64,000 nucleotides of DNA from Podarcis tiliguerta (Eukaryota): assembly GCA_965153285.1 (NCBI GenBank), contig OZ229111.1. One strand, 5' to 3'. Position numbers and translations under genes: made by a program. The notes beneath the pieces are model-generated. The model saw only the letters and a list, made by a program, of their open reading frames with translations, was not told the DNA's origin and did no database searches. Shown here one piece after another: positions 43,801-57,251 of the stretch. The first letter of the stretch is position 1; each line of letters starts with the position of its first letter.

Positions 43801-46800
43801 ATTTGTCTTTGCTGTTCATACCAGTAGGCATTCCATTTTGTGTGTGTCGCTGCCTTCTAATTTCTTGATTCTGTTATGCCAATTAAGTACCAGTAGGGCA
43901 TGTGTGCAGATAGCTACATGCACCCTGCTTTAAAACAACAACCTCCACCACCAAGAAGTGTGCAAAAACACACAGCCAGGGAATCGCAAAGTTGCTTGTG
44001 TATTTTCTGGGTTTGTGCAAATCTGGAGGCTCGGAATAAAATATGCATTAATGAGGCTAGTACCAATTGTCTGTGATGTTTTCTGGTTTTGTGCAAGTAT
44101 TATGTTCTGAAGTGTGTAAATTATTGCCACACCCACTTTGGCCTTCACCACAGGCAACCAGGTGAGTGGCTACTTACAAACCAGCCTTCTGTCATCCTGT
44201 CTCTGCCAGTGCCAGTGCTGAACAATAAATGCCCTACTCCTCTGCCTCGTGATTGGCTCCTTCTGCCAACTTCTATTTTAGGCACTTCTTATTTTAAAAG
44301 ATAATAATTTATCTTGCTGATGGCTACGTGTTTCCCCAATGCACAAAGTAAGCCCTGATGTAACAGCTCATCCAGCACTCGCTTGGTTGTTTTTAACATC
44401 CCAAAAGCTGACATCTGCCCCTACGGCCCCCTCCTTTCACTGCCATTTCAGGAACCTTTGCGTGGAAGCTATTTTTTCCCCATTTTCTTGCTGCCTGTGT
44501 GCTCCCCTGCTGTGCAAAGCCAGCCCTGGAGTGATCGCCCAGCCTTCTACTTAGCAAAAACAAATGGCAAAGAGCCGCAAAACGACTGCCCTCCTCTATT
44601 ATGCGGGGGTGAATGATTGTGCAACTGGCACCGGATCAGGACTATTGCAAAGAGAGCGCTACAGGTAATCCTCCATATTTTTATGATCTGAAAAGGCTCT
44701 GAGATTCTTAAGCATAATAGAAGTGTTCCCACCCCATTCCTTTTCATTAACAAGATGATAATATCCTAGATCCAACCTCCTGAGCTGTTACAGAAACAGA
44801 GTATCAAATGTTTTCAAACATATTAGTCAATTTCTAGGATGAGTACTTCGGTGACTAATTCGCTAACCATTCCCACATACGACGGGCTACGTCAGGTGTG
44901 GCAAACCTTTTCCCAGCCCAAGGGAGCATCCTCTTGTGGTGGACTTGCCAGGCACCCATAGGAGCCAACTCCTAGGGGCCAAGGTCCCTTCAGTCCCCCC
45001 AATAAAATATTTGAGGGAGCCGGGGCCCAAAAGTTAATGGGCGTTGCCATTCAAATCCGGTGTTTGTGTGTGCTGCATCTTATGATTAATTATGTGGGGT
45101 CGGGATTACCTGCCCCTCAAAATATTGTATTCAAGTTGGCACACCTGCAGGTGCCACATGCCAATGACAAGCAGGGCCAGAGGCCAAAGAGGGCATAGCA
45201 AGGGAGGTGATTCTTACAATTATATAGTCTGCACTTCAGTCACACAGTCAACAGCTTGTACAGCCACACCCCCTACACCCCTCTGCACATCCAGGCTAGT
45301 AAGAGTCAGGGGAAAGTTCTTAAGGAGAGTGGGGGGCATGGCCTGGAGAGGGACTTGCCCCCCCCCCCAAGACAGAGGTTTCATTGCAGGTGTCCTCTGC
45401 AACATGTTATAGACACAATAAGTGCTTTTCCCCCCTCTCATTTTGACTCAAGAAAATCACTGGGAAAGGAAATGAAGCCGCCATTGGAGGTGGTAACAAC
45501 GAAACTGACGATTCACCATGCTATTCAACAGAACTGAAGATTCACCGTGCTAGAGAAGAAACTTAGCTTCTTCTCCCATTAGATTCACAAAGTGTTTAGG
45601 GGCATGCATACCCCTGTGTATCCCCAGGAAGAAAAGCACTGGACACAATAATAATGCATAGCAGTGGATTTATCCCACTTGGGTGGGTTCTGCAGTGCTT
45701 CCCCAACGCAACCATGCTATTGCTGTCCAGAGGGGCTATAGCGCACCAAAAGCTGGACAAAAATAAACCAGAACATTTGTGGTATAAAAAGTTATGGGAT
45801 TTCTGCAAGAAGCTACAGGAAATGCATTGACTGGAAATGAAGCAATGTGGTCACTCCCAAAACTTTGCAGGTACAAATAGTATTGAAAGGGAGACTGTGT
45901 GTGACCACCCTGGGTGAGCCAGAGTGCTGGGCTGGGAGATGGGGTGACCTTGGGCCAGAGACGGAGCTCTCTGGGTGACCTTGGGCCAGACACTGTTTTT
46001 CTTTTTTTTTATATATGATATTTTTTTTATTTTAACGATCAATAAACAAACAATACAAACAGACAAATACACAAAAAAAGTATGAAAACAACACATACAA
46101 ACATTATAAAATACGAAATACAAGAAAAAATAAAAAAAAGTTAAAAACATTCATTGTGTCTTTACATTATTTAACATTAACCTGGGTCTGGTTCTCTGCC
46201 TAACCTACCTCACAGGGTCGTTGTGAAGATAACATGGGGAAAGGCAGAACCATATAGCTCCTTGCGGGAAAGGTGGTCTATAAATGTAACAAGACAGCAG
46301 CAACAGTAATGTTTTAATGTAGGAGGTACGGAGCAGCAAAACAGTGCGGATGGACTTTGAGACCGGGAAATCTTTTCACAGAAACCCTTGGCCAGCTCAA
46401 CAGATCTTATGGCATACTTCTGCTTGGGTGGAGAGGATGATGCACACTGCATAGTTATAGTTTGTTTGTTTTTAGAGTAGCTCAATGACTAACAGCATGA
46501 TACTATGCCTGCTCAAAAGTAAGTCCTATTGAATTCAATGGGGCTTACTCCCAGGTAAGTGGGATTAGGACAGCTGCCTAAAATCAGATATGCATATGCA
46601 TATATGGATCTGGATTCACAGATTTCATTTCAATTGCAGAATTCAGGATTTCAGTACAGAAATTAGGGACAGCCTCCTATAAGTGACAATGCTACCGTAC
46701 ATTGGTTGTTCATAACCCTTCGTTTTAGCAGAGTTGGACCTTAACCACCAGAACTTTTGCACCTGATACTGCAGTATAAACACCTGTCGGAGTCCTGATT

Positions 46801-47480
46801 TCAGTGACATGCCCCCAAACTATTAATGAATAGAACGGCAGGTTTCCACAAGCACCCTTCACACCTCCTCATGTTAACTGTGAGGATCTTCTTTTGTTCC
46901 TCAATCATTTCCTGGTAGGAATCCATGCCAAACCCACAATTCCAACACAGATGTAAGACTGGGATGCTGGCTTGGAACAAGTTGTGTTCTTCTGGGCCCA
47001 TTCCCAATGCTCTTTAGGCAGGAATCAGGACAATGCTAGGCTACCTGCAGTGTACTAGTTTGAGCGGCCGATTAAGAATGGGGAGGTCTGTGTTCAGATC
47101 ATTGATAGTCAATGCAGCAGAGTGTGAGCGCCAGACTAGGGCCAGGGAGACCCAGGTTTAAATCTCCACTGAGCCACAAAGCTTACTGGATGGATTTGGG
47201 CAGGTCACAGCATTCAACCTGATCTATCCTGCATGGTCGTTGTGAGGATAAAATGGGGAGGGGCGTTGTTGCTGCTACACTGAAGTCTTTAGGGGCAAGG
47301 AGGCAGAATGCATATGTAGTAACTTTACATTCATCCTAAAGGTTTGAATTCATAAAGGTTGTGCCTCAAATGTCAATGAATAGCTTGTCCCCAGCATGGA
47401 AAGAGAATCCTCAGTGACAACAAATGTGGATCTAGTGCATACACATATACACACACAGAGAGACCTAGGTACACCTGCAT

Positions 47481-47845
47481 AAAGGTAAAGGGACCCCTGA
47501 CCATTAGGGTCCAGTTGTGACTGACTCTGGGGTTGTGGCGCTCATCTCGCTTTGTTGGCCGAGGGAGCCGGCGTACAGCTTCCGGGTCATGTGGCCAGCA
47601 TGACTAAGCCGCTTCTGGCAAACCAGAGCAGCGCATGGAAACCCCGTTTACCTTCCCACCAGAGTGATACCTATTTATCTACTTGCACTTTGACATGCTT
47701 TCGAACTGCTAGGTTGGCAGGAACAGGGACTGAGCAACGGGAGCTCACCCCATCGCGGGGATTCGAACCGCTGACCTTCTGATCAGCAAGTCCTAGGCTC
47801 TGTGGTTTAACCCACAGTGCCACCCGCGTCCCGCCACCCGCGTAG
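47481..47845 (-). mobile_element. Sauria SINE, full length, 14-bp TSD (GGTACACCTGCATA)
   Basis: Reverse-complement head, B box and (AAAGGT)n tail; TSD at 47468-47481 and 47846-47859. Confidence 0.88.
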
Positions 47846-47919
47846 GGTACACCTGCATATAGGAGCTCTAATGACTGGGTCCATACCTACACCCTGATAT
47901 TAACTTGGCAAAAGATTTG

Positions 47920-48068
47920 TATGACTCAGTCAGGAGAGCATGAGACTCTTAATCCCAGGGTCATGAGTTCAAGCCCCACGTAGGGCATAATATTCCTGCC
48001 ATGCAAAGGGTTGGACTACATGACCCTTGTGGCCCTATCCAACTCTACAAATTCAAAGATTCTATGAC
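47920..48068 (+). mobile_element. Short tRNA-head/CR1-tail SINE (Squam2-like)
   Basis: ctcagtcaggagagcatgagactcttaatc...gagttcaagccc...gggttggactacatgaccctt...attctatga. Confidence 0.65.
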
Positions 48069-51000
48069 CTTGGCTTATTCCTGCAGCAATAGGGCTGGGA
48101 TAGGGACCTCTCTGGGGCTGGCTCTTGAGCACAAGCCGGAGTGCAGCCCCCTGCCTCCCCTCCTGCCCCTAGTAAACTGCCCTGATCACAGTTATCCCTG
48201 CAGAGCTGGTGGGGAAAGTCCCTTGTGGCAGGCCTCCACCTGATGGTACTAATTAGCCCTCAACCCACTTAATTGCCCGCTGTCCCTGTAATTACAATCT
48301 TGTTTCTTTCTATGAGCACAACGGGAGCTTGGGGGCTGCCTTGATTTTGTGTTTCCCTGTCAGCTCATTATCTTCCCGGCCCCTTTAATAGCTGGGGATG
48401 TGGCCGTGTGGCTGTGTGTATGTGTGTGTGTTGTTGGGGGCACAGATTGTGGAGGCAGAGAGTGGGAGCTCAGCGAATCCCTTCCTTATGCCAGGCTGCT
48501 GCAACATCAAGGGGCTGCCACCTTTCATTACACTAATGGTTGTAATAGTGAACCCCTCCTTTTGTACCACTTGACACAGCGACGAACACATGGCAGGGAA
48601 ACATGCAAAATCCAAGCCCTTCTGCTGCAGAGGAGCCTGCCATTTTGGGTGAGCTGGCATTTGCTGGGGCAGCAGGAAAGACTCCTTGCCATGAGGGGAA
48701 AGGGCCCCTGAATTAGCTCTGTGGGACAACATGCTGCAAGGAACTGGGTAGCAGGTATACAGTAGCTGTTGTCGCTGGGTAGCATCCAGCCAAGTTCTCC
48801 TAAAAACAGACCAGTTGAAATGAATAGGCCCAAGCTAGTCATGCCCATTCATTTCAATGGGTCTACTCTGAGTAGGACTGGCATTGGATATAACCCACTA
48901 TCCTTAGCATTGTGATCCCCAAACAATGTACCATGGGAAATACAGTCACTTGTGAGCCCAAAGCCTTCATTCATTCGTTACCTGCCGCATCTTGCAACAA
49001 TTTACTGCTCCAGTCATACCTCATTTCGATCATTCTCCACTGGCAGGGCAGGGGTATAGTCTGGCATCGCATGTGACTGGTTCATCCAATCGCTCCTGAT
49101 GCAGAGACTCAGCAGAGTTACCTGCTCTCAGAAGAAGCTCTCTGCGTGACTGCCCTCAGCTCCTGTGCTTTCATCCCACCAGGAGTCGCTCTCATCCTAG
49201 TGACTCATGCAGAAACAGAGAGGAAGGGGACCACCGTTCCATAGCACTTCCCACGTTTGTGTGCTGGAGGTCCCGGGTTCTTCTCTTACCATTTTCAGTT
49301 TGAAAACAACAATCAGGAGCATGCAGTGGGGCAAAAGCCTCTGCCCCGAGACTCTGCAGATCGGCTGGTAATCGGAGGAGACAATACTGAGCTAGATAAG
49401 CAAATAGCCAGACCTGGTTGAAGGTACCGTAGTTTCCTACATGAGATGTAGGCTTCAGCAAGTGAGCAATGCTTACACTTCCACACTTTAAAAATAAATA
49501 TATTTGGCTATAAGATTGAAGGGTACCTCCAGTTTTAATTCGGGGCAGGCAGTGTTTCAGTGATGATAATTTTATGCCCTTGCTTTTGTGCAGCATTTCC
49601 TGTGGTGTTTAAGAAAACCTTTGTATTTGTTTATTAGACCCTTCAAGGGGGGATCAGTGCAATTATCCCCATTTTACAGATGATGGGGTTGAGACTGTGC
49701 GAGTGGTGTTCAGGGGGGCGTTAAACAGGGAGGGAACCCTGCAACATAAAAGTAGCATTATAACTGACTTGCTCCAGCACTGCAGCCTCTGCCAAGTTGA
49801 GACAGTGCCCCAGACTTCCCAGGACAGAGGGTTGGCACCCTCAAGGGAGGCCTGCACCCCTGGGAGCAGTGGGAGGCAGGCTCAGATTGCCCTCTTGCCT
49901 TTGCTGCCCTGCTCACCTGCATCAGGATTGTCATGGAAACAGGCTCAATGCTTTTGAAGTCACCTAGGTGATGGATCTGAGCCACATTTCCCAGACAAGG
50001 AGCAGGAAAGGGAGGTGAGGCCTTGGGGGAGGGCAAGGGCTGAGCCAGGTGGAAGGGAGGCAAGACTCTGCAGAATGGATGCCAGCAGCTCCTACCATGA
50101 CCCTGCAAGGAGGTGCCTGCAGCTGTGCTTGGGCAGTATTTATGAGCATCGAGCTGCAGTATATAACCATGGGGATGGGGCTGATTGAGCAGCCTGTTAT
50201 CTCAGCAGCTAAATGGGTAATTGGGAGCAGGAGACGCTATCGGCAGCGATAAATCCCCCAGCAAAGCCAGTGCATTAACTAGGGCTTTAGTATCAATTAT
50301 CCCTCCCAGCAGTGTTGAATAGAGAAAGTGATGCCTTTAAGTGTTGCAGGGTGGGGTGTGGGCAGAGAGAGTTCTGGCTGTTCTTGCCCCAAGCCTCAGG
50401 TGGAAAGAGGGAGGGAGCAGCCCAAGGGCAAGAACTTTCCCCAGGAACACAAGAACAGGGATATTGCCAGTGAGGAAGGCATTCAAGGGCAGGGGTGGTG
50501 GTAAAAGCTGGGGGAGCAACCTTAGTGGCAGACCGGCAACTTGATCGGGCTGTGAGGAGTGGAAGGAGGTGAAAATACACTGGGTTGCTTATTTTAATAG
50601 TCCAATATACTGCTTGCTTCTAGAGCCAGGAAGATGGAAACTGCTGAAATGAGAGAGTGCACTTTTGAGCATGTACAGAGAGCCTTCCTCTCACTGAACA
50701 AGCCCATAATCAGCCCCCGCACAGAGATGGAGAGGTTTCAAGGTCAGCTGGTGTAACTTCCAGCTGGGCGTCAGCCCTTACATTTTGATATCAGGCTCTG
50801 CTCAGCATGCCATAAATGGATAGCATCCAGTCCTCATAGAGGCTGCATATATTGTGCAGATGAGACACTATATGACTGAGGTTACGTTTGCTGGGTTTCT
50901 CTGCACTAGGGCCAAGCTTATCCCCAGTAGTCACCAGACACTAATCCATAAAGCAACACCAATTGTTCTTCCTCCTCACCTTCACGGATATTGATGTCCA

Positions 51001-51550
51001 CTGCACTCATTCTGACTCTCTTCCCAGATGGGAGGAAGTGGTTAGCAAAATCCATGCCCCGCTGTCTTGCCTTGCATTAGGGCATCACCCCCATGTCCTC
51101 TTGGACTTTCCAATTAATTGTTTAAATCACCATGGTGCATGCAAGCTATTTTCATTTTACATGTGTATCTGTCCTTTCCTCCAAGGAGTTCAGGGCAGGC
51201 AATTCTCACCCCACTCCCCATTTTATCCTCAAATGCAATCCTGCATGATAGGATAGGCTGAGGTTCAGTCAATGACCCATGAAGCACCTAACTGAGCTTC
51301 ATGATTGTGTGGGGAACCCTGGTCTCTCAAGTCCTACTCTACCACTTTAACCACGACACACCGATTCTCAAACATTTCATTTTTGCTTTCCTAGTTCTGA
51401 GAGAGACCTATGTTCCAGGGTGAGGGAGAGAGGGAGGCAGAGACAGGACTGGTTATCTGAATCACGCTAGTTTAGACTACAACTCCCATCAGCCCAGCAA
51501 GCTGGGAATTCTCAAAGTTAACCCTTCTTATACAAGGAGTCTGTGTAGAC

Positions 51551-51687
51551 CAGGCATGGCCAAACTTGGCCCTCCAGCTGTTTTGGGACTATAATTCCCA
51601 TCATCCTTGACCACTGGGTCCTGTTAGCTAGGGGTGATGGGAGTTGTAGTCCCAAAACAGCTGGAGGGCCAAGTTTGGCCATGCCTG
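51551..51687. mobile_element. Palindromic hAT MITE
   Basis: Perfect 41-bp terminal inverted arms; 8-bp TSD GTGTAGAC/GTGTAAAC. Confidence 0.85.
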
Positions 51688-53340
51688 GTGTAAACTATTA
51701 CTCTCCTAGGGTATTGACTGTGTAACTCACATATATGGCTCCACTCTTCCAGATGGTTATTTATTGCCACCTGCCAGTCATTGGCTTCCATTATCTCCCA
51801 GGATGCTCCAGCATTTGCAACTTGTACATCCTTGTCTGGTGAATGAAGGGAGAAGAGGGGCTGTGCATAACTAGAATCAGTTGTGTGGAGAAATGCTGTC
51901 CGACAAACTCACTATCACAACTGGTCATGAAGGCCTTTGTGATAAAACTGGTGGTTCCAGAGGACATCTCCCTTAACAAAAACAACAGTAAGGTATACGG
52001 TAGATGTTCTCTCATTTGCGTTGTTCCTACAGCCGTGTTCTGGTAGAAGACCAGCTCTGGAATGGGGATCACTTATTATGAAGGTTTCACAATCGGGAAG
52101 AGATATTGGGTTGGATCGAGACTAAGTTAGTTAGATCTCACTGAAGTCCATTGGGCATAAAGAGTCATCATTAACTTTCCAAACAGATTTCAACTGGGCC
52201 TCAATTTGGCTACCTTAGTCTGAATCCAACTAATTATCTCCAAAGATAGCAAGCGTACAGATATATTGATATGGAAGACAGGTGTGTTATAATTCAGAAA
52301 TTATCAGCGAGCAAATCTGTACGAGAGAGAGAAAGATTAAAATCTTTTCAACCCACAGGGAAATTTAAGTCCTGGACTAGACAATACGCTTGGCATGTGA
52401 TCATTTATTCCAGGCTTGTTTTTCTTTCAGAAATAGCCATGGGCAGGAGGGGGTGGAATGGATTGGAGCTGCAGTAAATGCAGCCCCCCCCCAAAAAAAA
52501 TAACCCCCCTGAAACTATAATTTGGCTCAAAGGTGCTATTGAAGGAAATGTCACCTTCAGGGGTAAATCCCTTCTCCTGAGGTACTATTTTAGTGATCTG
52601 GATCAAGCCCCCACAGCTATTTCTAAAAGAAAAGGAAAAACCCAAGACACACAATCACCTGGGAAATGTATCATTTCGCTTCAGCTTACTAGGCTGCAGA
52701 GGAGGCAGGATTCTTACCCATCGCACTCTGGTCCATACCAATGTAAGAACCTGAATAGAGTCCTCTTAGATAAAAAGTCAAGCACCCCACAAATGAGCTC
52801 ACTCACCTGCCACTGCTGGTGAGCACATTTTCCCTTGCCCCTTCTCTCAAGCTTGGAGAAAGATAAAGGACCTCATGGACCTAGTGCTGGTTTGAGAATG
52901 GACAGGAAAGCAGAGAGGGGTCTCAGCCCTTTACGAGCCTTCCCAAACCCAGCATGGGCTTCAATAAACTCTGCTGCCCTCCTCTAGGCTCAGGAGGAGA
53001 ATGGGGAAGTCTCCCTCATCTGACACAGGGAGCCACTCAGAAAGCAGAGAGGCATTTTACTGCTTTGTGCAACTCTCTCAGTGCAGCAGGAAGGGTCCCT
53101 GATGCTCTTACCCAGCTTGGATTTGCAGGGTAGGGAGAATCAGAGCTTGCCCTTGCAATTGCACTAGACTAGGGGTGATGGGAGTTGTAGTTCAAAAACA
53201 CCTGGGGACCCACCGGTTGAGAAAGGCTGCACTAGACCAACCTTTTCTCTTTTTCCTGTCAATGGCCCCATTCCCTTAGGGGTACCCCGTTGGTGGCTGC
53301 GTACTGACTGCGTTCAGGTCCAAAGCCAGCCACCCCTTCC

Positions 53341-53366
53341 CTCTCTCTCTCTCTCTCTCTCTCTCT
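53341..53366. repeat. (CT)13 microsatellite within a polypyrimidine tract
   Basis: Read directly from the sequence. Confidence 0.9.
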
Positions 53367-53916
53367 GCCCTTTCTCTTCCTGACACCTCCTTCCCTTCTT
53401 TCTCTCCCCCTCTCTTTTCCTCTTCCTCTGGTGCAGGTGTGTGGGGGGGAGAACCTTTCTAACCTTCTGGATTTTATGGAACTAAAACTCCCATCAGACT
53501 TAGCAAGCATGGCCAATGGCTAGGAGTGATGGGAGTTGTAGCTCAGCAACATCGGGGGGCCAGAGGTTTCCCCCCACGCCTGCTTAGTGGGCTGCCAAGG
53601 AAGAAAGAGAATGCTCTTGCCGAAGATTGAAACTGGTGGTTTGCAAAGGGACTTTGAAAGTCGGCCATAAAAGTGGCATAACATTGGGCAAAGGGCCAAA
53701 GCTTTGTTGGGTCAGGCCAATGTTCCATCTAGTCCTGCATCCCTTTCACTCAGTGGCTAACCAGATGCCCATGGGAAACACCCCTGCTCTAGGGCCTGGA
53801 GGTGATCAGAAATTATGCCACAAGGGTCAGGGTCAGTGGTGAGAAAAAGACTGTGTGCTTACCAGCCTCATATAACCAATACACTTAAGTCTAATTGATA
53901 CATGAAGGGGTTAATA

Positions 53917-54052
53917 CAGGCATAGGCAAACTTGGCCCTCCAGATGTTTTGGGACTACAACTCCAATCATCCCTAGCTAACAGGACAAGTGGTCAGGGAT
54001 AATGGGAGTTGTAGTCCCAAAACATCTGGAGGGCCAAGTTTGCCTATGCCTG
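53917..54052. mobile_element. Palindromic hAT MITE (same family as 51551, opposite orientation)
   Basis: Perfect 48-bp inverted arms; perfect 8-bp TSD GGTTAATA at 53909-53916 and 54053-54060. Confidence 0.88.
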
Positions 54053-56885
54053 GGTTAATACTATAGAGTCTATAGTAACCTGTCCTGCCAGGCTTAGCTC
54101 ACCTTGGGAGTGACTAGGTCATCAAGTCATTATTCCCCTCCAGAAGCTCAGAGTGTGAAGAGACTAAAGCTGGTTGCTTCAGCTTAGCCACATGCCTCCC
54201 ACAAACCACTCAAGTTCCTGTAACAATAATTTAGGAACGTTTGCCAAACTTTTACTGCCTGTGCAACCTTTCTGTTCAGATAAATGGAAAAGCACATGAA
54301 CCAGACCTTTGAGGAGTTTGTAAGTAAACCAATTTTTAATTTACCAAATGTGTGGTCTTTTCCTGTGCTGAGGGAAGAGGGAAACTTTCGAGGAAACTCA
54401 GAAGGGCATATTTTAAAGGTCTAACAGGCTATATTTCCACACACTACTTTACTGCATGTTTTGTGATTTTAAATCTCCGCTTGGGTTTTCTCACCAAAGA
54501 GTACTTGCTCCAAACCTGGATCTTGGTACCCAAGAATTCCTAATTTCATACCTATTCTTCCTCGAACCAACCAAAATTATAGCCAGCTACCATTTGAGGC
54601 CCAGTGTCAAAGCTTCATCTAGTCCAGCATTCTGTTTCCCACAGTGGCAAAATCAGGCATGCCATTCCTTCATACTGTATTGTCAGATGGGCATTTTAGG
54701 AATTTTGTATTGTACATCATTTTCCTTTTCTTACTAAGTTTTTCATTGATTTTACCTGTTTTGTATTTCTTCTTTCTGTTAAGTTGCTTCAAAGTGGCAA
54801 ACAAATGCAAATCATAATGATTATAAATAATAAATATTATTGTTGCATCATAATTTTGATTAACGCTTATGGTACAACAGTTTTTATTATTATTACAAAT
54901 ACATTGGCTGGTAAGAGACCTGTAAAAGAGAGCTGGGGTTGTGGGCATATCAAGAGAAGCTCATCTTAGAATTGCAGAGTTGGAAGGGACCCCAAGGGTC
55001 ATCTAGTCCAACCTCCTGCAATGCAAGAATCTCAACACACCGTTCCCCATCCAATTTGCTTAGCTTTGCAAATGTGCTAGCAGTTTTACTGCTGCACCAC
55101 TAGCCATAGTCACCAGGGGGTTTGGAGCTTCCTGCCTATCGCAGAAGCCAGAAATTAAATGAGATTTCAGAGAAGGTCAGAATGTTTGAATTTTTCCAGA
55201 TGCAGGCACAATAGAGAGCAGTTCATTACACATATATACTAGGATGAGAAGAAAACAAGCCAACAAACAAAATATATCTACTGATGATTAAACGTACCCT
55301 AGCTAGATTTGGGCTGCTACGCCAAGCGCAGCAGACGTGCTTAGTTGTGTTAGGAACAGGATTAGACAAATACTGTATATATATATATACACGCTCACAT
55401 AGGTCGAAGATCACTGACAAACTCATACTACAATATTATGAAAACCATTTCTTTTTAAAGGCAGTGCATGCAGACCTTATGGCGGTGGCTCCATAAACTG
55501 TGCTTCTCAGTAGTAGAATATGTCTTCTGCATGCAGAAGGGCCCAGGTTCACTCCCCAGAATCTCCAGGTGGGGCTGGGGGGCCTCCAGAGAGCCAGTGG
55601 GGACAATGCTGAGCCAGAGGGACCAATTGCCCAACTCACTATAAGGCGTCTTCCTTCGTGAGCTAATCTTGGCACAGGGTCAGGTGGATATTAAAACTAA
55701 TTACCTCAAGAACCACAACTCAAATTAATATGCAAATTTTACGTAAGCACATCTGCTAACAGGCTGCTTCTTTTGTATAAGTAGATATTAGAGGCAGGGT
55801 GTTGAGGAGGGGGCAGGAAGGGTGGAGAGGGGCTAACTTTCCCATTAAGGGTCCTCTCAGACAGCCTTTTGAGTGTAAAGATCCCTCATTAGGGCTTGGA
55901 GCACTTGATAGCTCCTTCCTCCATAATTGATGACACTGGTTCTTACAAATCTCGCTGAAGTAAGTCTCAATTAACATGCAAATTTTGGGTAAGCACATCT
56001 CCCCATCTCTACTTCCTTGGTACAAGTTCATCACCTCTTGAAGTTGCTCTGGTTACCAGAGAACAGTGTGGTTTGGGAGCAGCTATACCAATATACGGTT
56101 CTTTTAGGCAGGAAGAAAACAACAACAGCCAAAAGATGAGAATAAAACACAGAAACGCTTACATAGGCCAAACCATCATTATGCTACCTTATCTTCAGGA
56201 GGTCCTTCTGCCAAGAGAGGGGCCACCCTTATTCCCGTCAAGTCCACACCATCTCAAAGCGTCCTAGTAGAGGGCCTTTGTTTTACAGCCAAACCACTAA
56301 TATATTTTGCAATCTCTCCAAATAGCAAAGTTCAGAACATCTTACCACAATCTAACCACAACTAACTGGGCAAAATTCCCAGCTTAAGCAGGTGTCTGTC
56401 CTTCCTTTATGTCTCTCTTGCTTGCGTCACCCTTCAGCATTGCCTCTGATCGAGGTTTCTCTCTCACAGAGCTCCCACAATCAGCCATTTTGAGCAATCT
56501 TCCATTTTGACATCTGCTTTGGCCAACTGAGTTTAATCTACATCATCTCAAAAGCAAGCCATGGGGCCTACAATGCAAGCTGGGATGCAATAGCAGCGCC
56601 TACCTTCAGCAAGCAGCCAACACAACAGATCCAATACAGCACAAGCCCCTACACCTTTGGCAATAATCTGAGGCACCATAAAGGATTGTGAATTATGAGC
56701 TACAGAAAGGTTGGGTCCTTTGAAAGTGCCAAAAATGCTTGGGATGGCCATAAAAAACATATTTTATTTAACTTAAAAGCATTTATAAACCACTTAATAT
56801 TTCAAAAAAATCTAAGCAGTATACAATATGAAAACAATAAACAGAGCGTGCAGATATGCATCTATTTTGCACTCAGGTATTTGTA

Positions 56886-57251
56886 AAGGTAAAGGTAAAT
56901 GTAAAGGGACCCCTGACCATTGGGTCCAGTCGTGACTGACTCTGGGCTTGCGGCGCTCATCTCGCTTTTTGGCCGAGGGTGCTGGCATACAGCTTTGGGG
57001 TCATGTGGCCAGCATGACTAAGCCGCATCTGGTGAACCAGAGCAGCGCACAGAAACGCCGTTTACCTTCCCACCAGAGTGGTACCTATTTATCTACTTGC
57101 ACTTTGACATGCTTTCAAACTGCTAGGTTGGCAGGAGCAGGGACCGAGCAGTGGGAGCTCACCCCGTTGCGGGGATTCGAACCACCAACCTTCTGATCGG
57201 CAAGTCCTAGGTTCTGTGGTTTAACCCACAGTGCCACCCATGTATACCACC
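56886..57251 (-). mobile_element. Sauria SINE, full length, flanked by a 69-bp direct repeat
   Basis: Near-identical to the 47481 copy; direct repeats at 56817-56885 and 57252-57320. Confidence 0.88.

Noticed and set aside
51551-51687. Palindromic repeats as CRISPR-like or novel structured-RNA arrays
   Set aside because: TIRs with 8-bp TSDs and dispersed copies identify them as hAT MITEs; there is no repeat-spacer periodicity and the context is eukaryotic
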